Shown here in pieces: positions 29,989 through 39,419 of a stretch of DNA of 64,000 nt. Every line of letters starts with the position of its first letter. Positions within the stretch are counted from its first letter, which is position 1. Under the pieces are notes generated by a model. That model searched no databases and was not told the origin of the DNA. It was given only the letters and a program-made list of their open reading frames with translations. The DNA comes from an uncultured Candidatus Rokubacteria bacterium (GTDB taxonomy: Bacteria > Methylomirabilota > Methylomirabilia > Rokubacteriales > DASRDR01), in contig CAWDVE010000019.1 of NCBI GenBank assembly GCA_963805625.1, positions 32,001-96,000 of the forward strand, written 5' to 3'. The position numbers were made by a program, and so were the translations under genes.

Positions 29989-30607
29989 AACCGGCGGATC
30001 CGACAGCGATTTGGTGGCGTGGTGAACGGAGGGGCCGGCAGGAGTTGCTCCGTGCCCTCCGGCCTCGCTGGCGCGAACCGCCGGGTCGTGGGCCGGACGC
30101 CCTCCGAGGCGAAGGAGCCACCCCGTGAGTGTCCCCGTGCAGACCCGGAACCCCTCGTCGCTGGCCCCTTGAGTGTGGGCGTGCCCTCCTGGCTCCTGGT
30201 CACGGAACAGGCAGCCTAACGCGACGGACGGGGGTCTCCCGAATCTCCCCCTTGGTCCCCGGCCTGGATCACGGCTCGCATCCCACTATCCAGACGCGCA
30301 TCACCGCCACGGCCATCACTCTGTCCGGCAAGTGTCCTGGAACGCGATGGGTCGCCCTCTGGTTGAGAGCCGTCCAGCCCCTTCGGACACAGCGGCCCAT
30401 ACGCATCGGTTCCCGACCCACGCCGTTCCGCGCCTAGCGTAGAGGTACCGCCGCGGCGACCGTTCGGGATATTCGAAGGGGGCAGGCCACGACTCGATGA
30501 ACTCGTCGCGTCACGACCCGGCTCGCGGTATGGTGAGGTCTAGGGACTACTGGCGGTCCTGAGCTCGAGGCCGCGCCAAGGAACCCCGATGAACCAGGGG
30601 ACTACTG

Positions 30608-31222
30608 ATGCGCCATAGGGGCAACGAGGGTTATACCGAGGAAGCGGACGCGCTCACGAGACAGTACGAGAGCGTTCGTTTCGCCGACGTGCACGGCCCG
30701 GTCTTGCATCTGCTCCCGACCGTGCCCAGCTCTGTGCTCGACATCGGGGCCGGGACCGGACGCGATGCCGCGGCCCTGGTCGGGATGGGGCATCGAGTGG
30801 TGGCGGTGGAACCCACCGCGGCCCTCCGCGATCGGGCGGCCCTCTTACATCCGTCCTCCCACATTGAATGGATCGACGATTCCCTTCCGCACCTCGCACG
30901 CCTCATGAGACGCGGGGACCGGTTCGACGTCGTGATGCTCACCGCCGTCTGGATCCATCTCGACCCGCAGCAACGTCGGGAGGCGATGCCGAGAGTCGCC
31001 AGTCTCCTCCGCCCAGGCGGTGTCCTGCTGCTGACGCTTCGTCATGGCCCTGCCCCGCCCGGCCGACGCCGCCTCTTTGAGACGTCGGCGGATGAAACGA
31101 TCGCCCTGGCCGGCGTCCACGGCTTGCACGTCGCCCTGAAGGTCGAACACCAACCAGATTTCTACGGCCGCCGGGAGATAACGTGGACTTCCCTCGCCTT
31201 TCTCAGCGAGAGGTCAACCTGA
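30608..31222 (+). CDS. class I SAM-dependent methyltransferase
   Basis: VLDIGAGTGRDAA, AVEP, DSLP, LTAVWIHL, LRHGP. Confidence 0.9.
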   Translation: MRHRGNEGYTEEADALTRQYESVRFADVHGPVLHLLPTVPSSVLDIGAGTGRDAAALVGMGHRVVAVEPTAALRDRAALLHPSSHIEWIDDSLPHLARLMRRGDRFDVVMLTAVWIHLDPQQRREAMPRVASLLRPGGVLLLTLRHGPAPPGRRRLFETSADETIALAGVHGLHVALKVEHQPDFYGRREITWTSLAFLSERST

Positions 31223-31257
31223 CGGGCCGGTCCCAGGCTTCGGGTAGCCTTCGATCC

Positions 31258-31860
31258 ATGGACGAATGTTGCGCGGTCAGAGACGTTCCGCGCGAGCAAC
31301 GGCGCGTGCTCTACGCGGTCCTGTGGATCAACGCCGCCATGTTTCTGGCTGAATCACTCGGCGGGCTCATGGCCCACTCGACGGCATTGGTCGCTGATTC
31401 CGTCGACATGCTCGGCGACGCCATCGTATACGGATTCAGCCTCTACGTGATCCATCGGGGCACCACCTGGAAAGCGCGAGCCGCATTGCTCAAAGGCATC
31501 ATCATGGCGGCCTTCGGGATCGGTGTGCTCATCCAGGTGGCCGTGAAGATCGTTCAAGGCCTCACCCCGACCGTCGAAGTCATGGGCGCGATCGGCGCCC
31601 TGGCATTTGCCGCGAATCTCTTTTGCCTGGTGCTCCTACGGCGACGCCGTGACGACGATATCAACATGCGGTCGGCGTGGGTCTGCTCACGCAACGACGT
31701 GATCGGCAACGCGGCGGTCCTCGCGGCCGCTGCCTTGGTGGCCGTGACGAGGTCGGCATGGCCGGACATCCTCATCGGGCTGCTCATCGCTGGGGTCTTC
31801 GGCCGCTCGGCAGTCCAGATTATCCGCGAGGCGTCGCGCGCGGTTGTTCTGTCAGCCTGA
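31258..31860 (+). CDS. cation efflux (CDF-like) transporter, TM domain only
   Basis: MDECC.., STALVADSVDMLGDA, NMRSAWVCSRNDVIGN. Confidence 0.88.
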   Translation: MDECCAVRDVPREQRRVLYAVLWINAAMFLAESLGGLMAHSTALVADSVDMLGDAIVYGFSLYVIHRGTTWKARAALLKGIIMAAFGIGVLIQVAVKIVQGLTPTVEVMGAIGALAFAANLFCLVLLRRRRDDDINMRSAWVCSRNDVIGNAAVLAAAALVAVTRSAWPDILIGLLIAGVFGRSAVQIIREASRAVVLSA

Positions 31861-31928
31861 TACCCATCCCCTCGGCTTGGCGTGCAGGCCTAGCCATCGC
31901 GCCCCATCGGACACGAAAGGGGCCCGGT

Positions 31929-32768
31929 GTGACCACCAAGCGCCGCCGAAGGCCGAAAATCGGCCCTGTGCACGTCACCTACGCCCAGACGTCGCGTGTA
32001 ACGCGCGCGCGGTCCCAGGCTGGGGCGGGCACGCGGTCCGTCCGCGAGGTGCTCGCTCGGGTGCCGTATTTCCAATCCCTGCCCCCCGCGGAGGTCCGAG
32101 CACTGGGGTGTCGTGGCGCCACGCGGACCGTGGCCCAGGGTGACCGTGTGTTCACCGAGGGCGAGCCCTGTCACGGGCTCTTCGTCATCATTGAGGGCAC
32201 GGTCGACGTGCGGCAAACGTCGGAGGCGGGCCGCGAGCAGAGCCTCCACACCGAGGGGTCGGCCGCCACCTTGGGGGAAGTGCCGCTCTTCGATGGGGGT
32301 GGCTATCTCGCCTCGGCGGTCGCGGCGGCGCCGACGCAGCTCCTCGTTCTCCCGCGCGCCGCCATCCTCGCGCTGTGTCAGCGGCGGCCGGCCGTGGCGC
32401 TCGCATTCCTCAAAACGCTGGCCCAGCGGGTGCGGCGCGTCGCCACGCTCGCCGCGGATCTCGCGTTCCGGGAGGTCACGGAACGGGTTGCCCGCCACCT
32501 GGAAGCCGCGGCCAAAGCCGCGGGCCGACCCCTGGCGGCGGGGACCACGTTCGAGCTCGCGCTCACGCAGGAGCAGCTCGCCACGCGACTTGGGACCGTC
32601 CGAGAGCTCGTCGCCCGGACGCTCGCGCAACTCCGGCGGAGCGGCGTCATCGCGCAGCGTGGCCGCCGCGTCACGATCCTGGACCCGGCCCAGTTGGCCA
32701 CCTGCGCCCGGGGTCGGCGCGATGGCGAAGGGCAGGCTGACCGCTCTCGCCCGGGCTGTGGACCGTAA
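31929..32768 (+). CDS. Crp/Fnr family transcriptional regulator
   Basis: VFTEGEP, GEVPLFDGGGY, LTQEQLATRLGTVRELVAR HTH; start uncertain. Confidence 0.88.
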   Translation: MTTKRRRRPKIGPVHVTYAQTSRVTRARSQAGAGTRSVREVLARVPYFQSLPPAEVRALGCRGATRTVAQGDRVFTEGEPCHGLFVIIEGTVDVRQTSEAGREQSLHTEGSAATLGEVPLFDGGGYLASAVAAAPTQLLVLPRAAILALCQRRPAVALAFLKTLAQRVRRVATLAADLAFREVTERVARHLEAAAKAAGRPLAAGTTFELALTQEQLATRLGTVRELVARTLAQLRRSGVIAQRGRRVTILDPAQLATCARGRRDGEGQADRSRPGCGP

Positions 32769-32806
32769 CCTGGGTCATAGCGCCACCCTCTCCGCGCCTC
32801 CATACT
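32764..32806 (+). promoter_or_regulatory. putative class II Crp/Fnr-dependent promoter
   Basis: CGTAA-N6-TCATA (32764-79) centred at -41.5 relative to a CATACT -10 box (32801-06). Confidence 0.45.
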
Positions 32807-32996
32807 GGGGACAACATACCGATGCGAGAGGAGAAGCTATGAAGGGTGCCAACCCCCGAGCTGATGGCGATAGCGTCTCAATGGTTGTGGGGCGAGATCG
32901 CGAACCGCTTCCCACCAGGAGGTCGGCATGCACTACTGTGGGCGGGACGTCTCGCGGAAGTCAACGCCCGTCTGCATCGAGTCATAGGAGACCGCG

Positions 32997-33686
32997 ATGA
33001 AGCGCCCGCGCGTGGTGCCGATGGGAGTGGTCGTCGTCCTGACCGGGGCCCTCGTGAGCGGCGGTGCCTTGGCGCAGTCCCCGACCCCGCCCGCTGGGAA
33101 CGCGCAGCAAGCCCCGGTGGGGCCGGGGATGATGCCTCATGGGGCGATGCCGCACGGCCAGATGCCCCATGGCCCGATCCACGGTCCCATGATGCCAGGC
33201 GGGGCACCGGCGGCCGCTGGTGTGCCGACCTTGCCGGGCCAGGACGCCTTCGGCGCCATCGCCGAGGTCGTGCAGCTCTTGGACGCGGACCCGCAGACCG
33301 ACTGGAGCCGGGTGGACCTCGAGCGGCTCCGCCAGCACCTGATCGACATGAACGAAGTTGTGCTCCGGGCCGAGGTGAAGACGAGTCCCATGCCGGGCGG
33401 CCTGGTGATGGATGTGACCGGCGTCGGCCGGACGGAGTCGGCGATCCGGGCCATGCTCATCCCGCATGCCACGGAGCTGGATCAGATGCCGGGGCTCGCC
33501 GCGAAGACCGAGGTCATCCCGGGCGGTGTGCGACTCACCGTGATGGCGCGGGACGCCGGAGACGCGAAGGCCGTCGCCCGCGTGCGTGGGCTGGGGTTCA
33601 TCGGCTTGCTGACGCTTGGCGCGCACCACCAGCCCCACCACCTCGCCATGGCCCGTGGCCAGGCGATGCCTGGGCACGGCCGCTAA
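32997..33686 (+). CDS. secreted His/Met-rich protein, possibly metal-binding
   Basis: Signal peptide; MPHG repeats; QDAFGAIAE..LRQHLIDM..HHQPHHLAMA. Confidence 0.8.
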   Translation: MKRPRVVPMGVVVVLTGALVSGGALAQSPTPPAGNAQQAPVGPGMMPHGAMPHGQMPHGPIHGPMMPGGAPAAAGVPTLPGQDAFGAIAEVVQLLDADPQTDWSRVDLERLRQHLIDMNEVVLRAEVKTSPMPGGLVMDVTGVGRTESAIRAMLIPHATELDQMPGLAAKTEVIPGGVRLTVMARDAGDAKAVARVRGLGFIGLLTLGAHHQPHHLAMARGQAMPGHGR

Positions 33687-33816
33687 ATGGCGCCCTGACG
33701 GCACCCACGTCGGTCTCGGTCACGGGGTAATCCCCGGGGGTCGGGTTTCCGGCGCGGCAACGCGCCCAGACACCGCTAGAGAAGAGGATGATCCCTCCTT
33801 CCGCCGACCCGGCATC

Positions 33817-34311
33817 CTATCGCGCGACCAGGGCGGGTGACAGCAGCGCGGCGATGACGCGACCCTTCTCGACGTCCTGGGGCGTGAACCAGTTGGCATC
33901 GTGCGAGACGTTCATCACCCCCACCCGTCGACCGGCAAAGGCGATCGGCACGTTCATGATCGAGCCGATGCCCAGGCTTTCGATCAGCTCATGGTCGGCG
34001 AAGGCCTGTCGGAGCTCCTCGGGCGTGCGCGCGACGAACACCCGGCCTTCCGTCAGCACCACCTGGCTCCAGGGGGTGTCCCGCTTCTGCTTGCGACCGC
34101 CGACCGGGTAGGCCTCGGTGTTGGTGCTGTAGAGGCGCTCGACCTCGCGGGCCGCCTCGTGCACGCGCATGACGGTGAACAGCTTGTGACCGATGGTTCG
34201 CTTGATGAGCGCGTCGGCCGCGGCGAACAGCGCGTACGGGTCCGCGACCTCCGCGGCGATCGCGGCGAGACGCGCTAGGTCATGGACGGTCAGCGGCTCC
34301 CGGGCGCTCAC
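33817..34311 (-). CDS. stand-alone GAF domain protein
   Basis: GHKLFTV, YPVGGRK, FADHELIESLG, NVP. Confidence 0.85.
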   Translation of the reverse strand: MSAREPLTVHDLARLAAIAAEVADPYALFAAADALIKRTIGHKLFTVMRVHEAAREVERLYSTNTEAYPVGGRKQKRDTPWSQVVLTEGRVFVARTPEELRQAFADHELIESLGIGSIMNVPIAFAGRRVGVMNVSHDANWFTPQDVEKGRVIAALLSPALVAR

Positions 34312-34320
34312 GTGGGACGC

Positions 34321-35235
34321 TCAGATCTGCTGCCCGAGCCCGCGAAGCCGCGGATCGAGCACGTCCCGCAGGCGATCGCCCATCAGGTTGAATGCCAGCA
34401 CCAGCAGGGTGATGGCCACCCCCGGGATGGTGGGCATCCACCAGGCTCGCCACACCATGTCCTGGGAGTGGCCCAGCATCTGACCCAGGCTGGGAGTCGG
34501 CGGCTGGATCCCCAGGCCGAGAAAGCTCAGCGCGGCCTCCAGGACGATCACCACAGGCAGCTGGAGCGTCGCCAGCACGAGGACGGTGGGCATCACGTTG
34601 CGGAGGACGTGCCGGCCGAGGATCCGCGCGTCGGACGCACCCACCGCCCGGGCTGCCACCACGAAGTCGCGATCGCGCAGCGCCAGCACCTCGGCCCGCA
34701 TCACCCGGGCGTAGGTCGGCCAGCCCGCGATCACCAGCACCGTCACGATCTGCAGGAGGCCGGAGCCCAGCACGGCCACGACGGCGATCATGAGGAGCAG
34801 CGTGGGGATGGCGAGCTGGGCGTCGACCAGACGCATTAGCGCCAGGTCGAGCCAGCCGCCGCGGTACCCCGTGACCATCCCGGCGGCCAGGCCGAGCAGC
34901 AGGGAGACCGGAACGACCATCAGCGCGACTAGCAGGGAGATGCGAAGGCCAACCAGCAGTCGACTGAGGATGTCGCGCCCTAGCTGGTCGGTGCCTAGCA
35001 GGTGGACGTTGCCGCGGACGGCTGTCAGGGACGGGGGGCGGGCGGTGGCGCTCAGGTCCTGCAGCGACGTGTCGTAGGGCGCGACCCAGGACGCGCCGAA
35101 GGCGGCCGCGGTGACGACCGTCAGCAGGACGACGCCCAGCGCCCCCGATGGGCTTCGCAGGACCCGCCGGGCGCCGTGCGGCGACCCGCTACGCTCGGTG
35201 CGCGGCCGCGCGAAGACGAGGGTCGACCCAGCCAT
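34321..35235 (-). CDS. peptide/nickel ABC transporter permease (DppC-like)
   Basis: HLLGTDQLGRD, AARAVGAS, EAALSFLGLG. Confidence 0.92.
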   Translation of the reverse strand: MAGSTLVFARPRTERSGSPHGARRVLRSPSGALGVVLLTVVTAAAFGASWVAPYDTSLQDLSATARPPSLTAVRGNVHLLGTDQLGRDILSRLLVGLRISLLVALMVVPVSLLLGLAAGMVTGYRGGWLDLALMRLVDAQLAIPTLLLMIAVVAVLGSGLLQIVTVLVIAGWPTYARVMRAEVLALRDRDFVVAARAVGASDARILGRHVLRNVMPTVLVLATLQLPVVIVLEAALSFLGLGIQPPTPSLGQMLGHSQDMVWRAWWMPTIPGVAITLLVLAFNLMGDRLRDVLDPRLRGLGQQI

Positions 35236-36124
35236 AGAGGAGATCGATCATGAGGTTCACCGCCAGGAAGACGGCCGCGCCCATGATGGCCGCCCCCTGC
35301 ACCACCGGGAAGTCGCGACCCAGCACCGCCTGGACCGCGAGACGCCCCATGCCCGGCCACGCGAAGATGGTCTCCACCACGACCGCGCCCCCGAGCATCC
35401 GGCCGAAGTCCAGCCCGAGCACCGTCAGCACTGGCAGCGCCGAGTTCCGCAGCACGTGCTTCAGGAGCACCGCGCGACCCGACAGCCCCTTGGCCCGTGC
35501 CGTACGGACGAAGTCCTGGGCCAGCACCTCCAGGAGGCTGGTCCGGGTGAGGCGGCTGGTCTGGGCCGCGTAGAACCCGCCCAGGACGAAGGCCGGCATC
35601 ACGAGGTGCTGGAGAGTCCCGTACCCGGAGACCGGCAGCCAGCCCAGCTGGACCCCGAAGATGATGATGAGCAGCAGGCCGAGCCAGAAGCTTGGCACGC
35701 TGGTGCCCAGGAGGGCCGCCGTCATGGCGGCGGTGTCCACGGCGGATCCGTGCCGGGCGGCGGCGATCAGTCCCAGGGGCACCCCCAGCAGCACGGCCAC
35801 GGCGAGCCCGGCCAGCGCGAGCTCGAAGGTGGCCCGCAGGCGCTCGACGATCAGCTCCCCGACCGGCAGGCCCTGCCGGTAGGAATAGCCCAGATCGCCC
35901 CGGGCCACCCGCGCCACGAACCGCGCGTACTGGATGGAGAGGGGCTGGTCCAGCCCGTAGGCCTGGCGGATCCGGTCGATGTCCTGCTGCGTCGCGTCCT
36001 GAGACACCAGCAGCATCGCCGGGTCGCCGCTCACGTGCATCAGGACGAACACGATCGTGATCACGCCGAGCATGGCGACGCCCGACAGCGCCAGCCGGCG
36101 AATCACGTACTCGGTCACGGCCAT
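35189..36124 (-). CDS. peptide/nickel ABC transporter permease (DppB-like)
   Basis: GDLGYS, PSFWLG, TARAKGL, ETIFAWPGMG. Confidence 0.92.
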   Translation of the reverse strand: MAVTEYVIRRLALSGVAMLGVITIVFVLMHVSGDPAMLLVSQDATQQDIDRIRQAYGLDQPLSIQYARFVARVARGDLGYSYRQGLPVGELIVERLRATFELALAGLAVAVLLGVPLGLIAAARHGSAVDTAAMTAALLGTSVPSFWLGLLLIIIFGVQLGWLPVSGYGTLQHLVMPAFVLGGFYAAQTSRLTRTSLLEVLAQDFVRTARAKGLSGRAVLLKHVLRNSALPVLTVLGLDFGRMLGGAVVVETIFAWPGMGRLAVQAVLGRDFPVVQGAAIMGAAVFLAVNLMIDLLYGWVDPRLRAAAHRA

Positions 36125-36241
36125 CCCCCCTCGCGCGCGGCCCGCCGGGGGAGCCGAGGCTGCCCGTCATCGCGCCGTCGGCGCTCGGTGGGCCGGGCCG
36201 GCCGCCCGGGCGGGGGCCGGCCTACCCTGCGAGGCCTCGCG

Positions 36242-37780
36242 TCAGCGCCGGCGCCAGCCGGCATCGAACATGGGCAGGAGGAGGTCGGGCCGGGGCGTCC
36301 ACTCCAGGTCGGGATGCATCCCGTACACGTTGGGCGCCGTGAACAGGGAGATCGCCGGGGCCTCGTCCTTGTAGAGCGCCTGGATTCGCCGGGAGAGGTC
36401 GCGCATCTGGGTCTCGTCCCCGGCGACGTTCGCCGCCTCGATCAGCTGATCGAACTCGCGGTTGCCCGGCCGCCACAGCGACCACTCCCCCTTGGAGTAG
36501 AAGGCGCGGAACGGGATGATGGTGCTCAGGCCGAAGAAATCGGTGAAGCGCGTGAACCACCCGTCCTCAGCCAGCTGCCGGCTCTGCACCGCCTTGAGCT
36601 GCACGCCGTACTCGGTGACGTTCGCGCGGGCGCGCACCCCCACCCGGTTGAGCTGATCGGCCACGGCGAGGGCGATGTCGCGGTCACCGGGATAGGCCCC
36701 GCTGGTGGTCGTGATCGTGAACTCGAAGCCGTTGGGATAGCCGGCCTCGCGCAGCAGCGCGCGGGCACGCTCGGGATCGTAGGCGAACGGCGCGATGGAC
36801 GCGTCGCACCCGAGCATCACCTCGGTACAGACGGTCGCCACCGGCTGACCCACGCCGTGCATGATGCTGGCCAGGATGGCCTTGCGGTCGATCGCGTGGT
36901 TGAGCGCTTGCCGCACGCGGGGGTCTGCCAGCGGGCGGTCCTTCGCGATGTTGACCAGGTTGGCGATGACGAAGTACACGCTCAGGCTGCGGCCTTCCAC
37001 CAGCTTCGCCTGCGACGAGTCCTGGATCGGCTTGAACAGCTCGGGCGGCACCAGGTTGATCAGGTGGACGGAGCCGGCCAGCAGCTCGGCCAGCCGGGAC
37101 GACTCGGAGGGGATGGCACGGAAGATGACGCGGCTGATCCTGGGCTTGCCGCCCCAGTAGTCAGGGTTGGCCTCGAGCTCCACGCGGTCGTCCCTCACCC
37201 AGCGCACGAACCGGTAGGGCCCAGTTCCCACCGGGTGCCGGATGAGGGCCTCGTCGCCGCCCTGGGCCAGGAGACCCGGCGGGACGATCATCCCGTAGTA
37301 CCCCAGGAACCGCGGCAGCAGCGGCCAGGGCCGCTCGGTCGCGAACCGGACCGTCGCGTCGTCCACGACGGTCACCGACTTGATCAGCCTCAGCGCGCCG
37401 GCCCCGGGCCACTTCGTCTTGGGGTCCAGCATCCGCTCGAACGAGAACTTCACGGCCTGCGCGTTGAAGGGCTCGCCGTTGTGGAACTTCACGCCCTGGC
37501 GCAGCTTGAACTCCCAGGTCGTGGCGTCGACGGCACGCCAGGAAAGCGCCAGGCCGGGCTTCAGGGCCAGGCTGGCGTCCCGGCCGATGAGCGTGTCGTA
37601 CATGTTGGCCAGGACGTTGATCGCGTGGGTGTGGGTGGTCCGGTGCGGATCACCCGTCTGCATGTCCACGCCCTGCGCCACCACCAGAGCATCGGGTGCT
37701 TGCGCCTGCGCGACGGTGCCCGCGCCGGACGCGACGACGAGAAGCGCGGCGACGCCGAGTGCAGCCAAGGTACGCATCAT
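36242..37780 (-). CDS. family 5 ABC substrate-binding protein
   Basis: Signal peptide; LRQGVKFHNG, GTGPY, DPRVRQALN; start ATG 37780 with GGAGGA. Confidence 0.92.
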   Translation of the reverse strand: MMRTLAALGVAALLVVASGAGTVAQAQAPDALVVAQGVDMQTGDPHRTTHTHAINVLANMYDTLIGRDASLALKPGLALSWRAVDATTWEFKLRQGVKFHNGEPFNAQAVKFSFERMLDPKTKWPGAGALRLIKSVTVVDDATVRFATERPWPLLPRFLGYYGMIVPPGLLAQGGDEALIRHPVGTGPYRFVRWVRDDRVELEANPDYWGGKPRISRVIFRAIPSESSRLAELLAGSVHLINLVPPELFKPIQDSSQAKLVEGRSLSVYFVIANLVNIAKDRPLADPRVRQALNHAIDRKAILASIMHGVGQPVATVCTEVMLGCDASIAPFAYDPERARALLREAGYPNGFEFTITTTSGAYPGDRDIALAVADQLNRVGVRARANVTEYGVQLKAVQSRQLAEDGWFTRFTDFFGLSTIIPFRAFYSKGEWSLWRPGNREFDQLIEAANVAGDETQMRDLSRRIQALYKDEAPAISLFTAPNVYGMHPDLEWTPRPDLLLPMFDAGWRRR

Positions 37781-38589
37781 CTCGGTCCTCCTCCGTGTCG
37801 CGGTCTGCGGAGTCGACGGGTGAGGGCGCGGAAGGGACGGCCTGTTCCTCGCCTCCCGGCCGTGCCGGCGTCGTCCAAGGCAGACGGCCCCCGCCCGCCA
37901 CGCCGGCCAACGCACCTCAGTGCGCCCGACAGGGGTAAGTTCCCTCATGGGCCCCTCGGTCCGAGGGAGCTGGCGACGAACCACCTCTGACCAGCTTCGT
38001 CCCGATGGTGCGCGGCTGGCGCGGGGCATGTCAAGGGCGCATCGACGGGATGATGGCGGGGCCGTGACGGAGGCGGGCCGCGGCCACGGCGTCGCGTGAG
38101 TGCGACGCGATGAGTCCCGTCCGGCCGATTCCTCCGATCTCGAAGTACTACCGTTCGGCGCTTCCTGCTCAACGGTGCGCTGCAGATCGCGAATCGAAAG
38201 TCGTGTCACTGAGGTTCGGGACCCACCCCAGGCGACATGACCTTGGGGTGCATGCGCTTACGACGGAGCGGGTGATGGCACGAACGCGAGGCGATGATTC
38301 GCACGGCATGACGGCCTCTCGATGGCGTGGAGCCCTCGCGCCAAGCTCTGGGGCATGCGAACGCACTAGGCGGCGCGTCTCCTGGGTCGCGCCCGCCGCC
38401 GAGTGGGCATCTGTCCGCACGATCAGCGAGGAGCCCCGCCGGCGGCGGGCGCGGGGCGCGCGCTGTGCCTCCTGTCAATAGGCCGATCGCATCAGCTCCC
38501 GCGAGCCGCCCGGCAGCGCTTGACTTGGGCATCGCGGTGACGCTTCATGGGCACCGGAGGCGTGGATGCTCGGCCGAGCGTCGGTCCAG

Positions 38590-38945
38590 CTGATCGAAGG
38601 GTGCCCATGCTCGAGGTCGTCCAGGCCGCCGGGCGGGGGAGCCGCGACCCCGCGGGCGTTCAGCTCGTGGCGATGCGCCGCGTGCCCGAGCCCTGCGCTG
38701 CGCGCTCGAAGATCTCGCGGATGACGGCGGCTTCCGCCTCGTTGATCCGCCGTTCCACATGGAGCGGCTTCGGTCGACCCGTGACAGGATCGGGAGGGCT
38801 CACCTCGATGTTGTCGTACCCGTAGACGGCACCGCCCGCGACATAGCCGGCGCGAGCCTTTCGCACCGGGGCGTCGTGGGTTCGCTGTCGAGCCTTCTCG
38901 CGCTCCATCTCGTCGGCAAAGGCGGTCACGGAGAGAAGGAGCCAA
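38590..38945 (-). pseudogene. large serine recombinase fragment (frameshifted)
   Basis: FADEMEREKARQRT..GGAVYGY..INEAEAAVIREIF..RRIA / LNARG. Confidence 0.8.
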
Positions 38946-39130
38946 TGCGCACGGGATTTTCAGTTCTTCGACCGGGAGGGTCTACGTTCTGCGCCCACAC
39001 CCCAATGGATGAAGCCAGTAGCGCGAGCCCGCTGACCTCCTTCGAGTCGTACACCATCTCCCAGATCAAACGCGCCAGGGCCACCAGGGCCGCGGCCTGG
39101 ACGGTGGCGAAAAACACAAGAATGCTCGCA

Positions 39131-39152
39131 CTGTGCCCATCGTCTGTGCCCA
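39131..39152 (+). repeat. tandem direct repeat CTGTGCCCA x2, possible integrase arm-type sites
   Basis: Copies at 39131-39 and 39144-52, about 110 bp from the tRNA fragment. Confidence 0.4.
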
Positions 39153-39261
39153 CGGCGACTCACGAGCCCTCGCCAGCGCCTATCGTGGGCAAACGACGTG
39201 ATGGAAGGGGCTCCGGGCAATTGACGTGATCAGACGCGGGGTTGGCTCGACGGGCATGGAT

Positions 39262-39318
39262 GATTCAGGGTCTAGTGCCCGCAAGGGGGTGGGGGTTCGA
39301 GTCCCCCCTTCGGCACCA
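39262..39318 (+). mobile_element. 3' half of tRNA-Leu(CAG), att site remnant
   Basis: GATTCAGGGTCTAG-TGCCCGCAAGGGG-GTGGGGGTTCGAGTCCCCCCTTCGGCACCA; the matching 5' acceptor (GCCGAAG) and D arm are absent. Confidence 0.85.
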
Positions 39319-39419
39319 CCGAATTCTCGCACAGTCCTCCGCCCCCGGCCATGTCGCTCGCATCACCGGCGCCTGGCCGGGACCCTTCTGACCGAGACCC
39401 CACGCCCTGACAGGCTGGC

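Noticed and set aside
29990-30600. Possible ncRNA or small gene in the gap after tlpA
   Set aside because: No recognisable RNA family motif or convincing ORF.
39230-39318. Intact tRNA-Leu gene
   Set aside because: No 5' acceptor strand (GCCGAAG) or D arm, and the anticodon stem does not pair. Only the 3' half is present.
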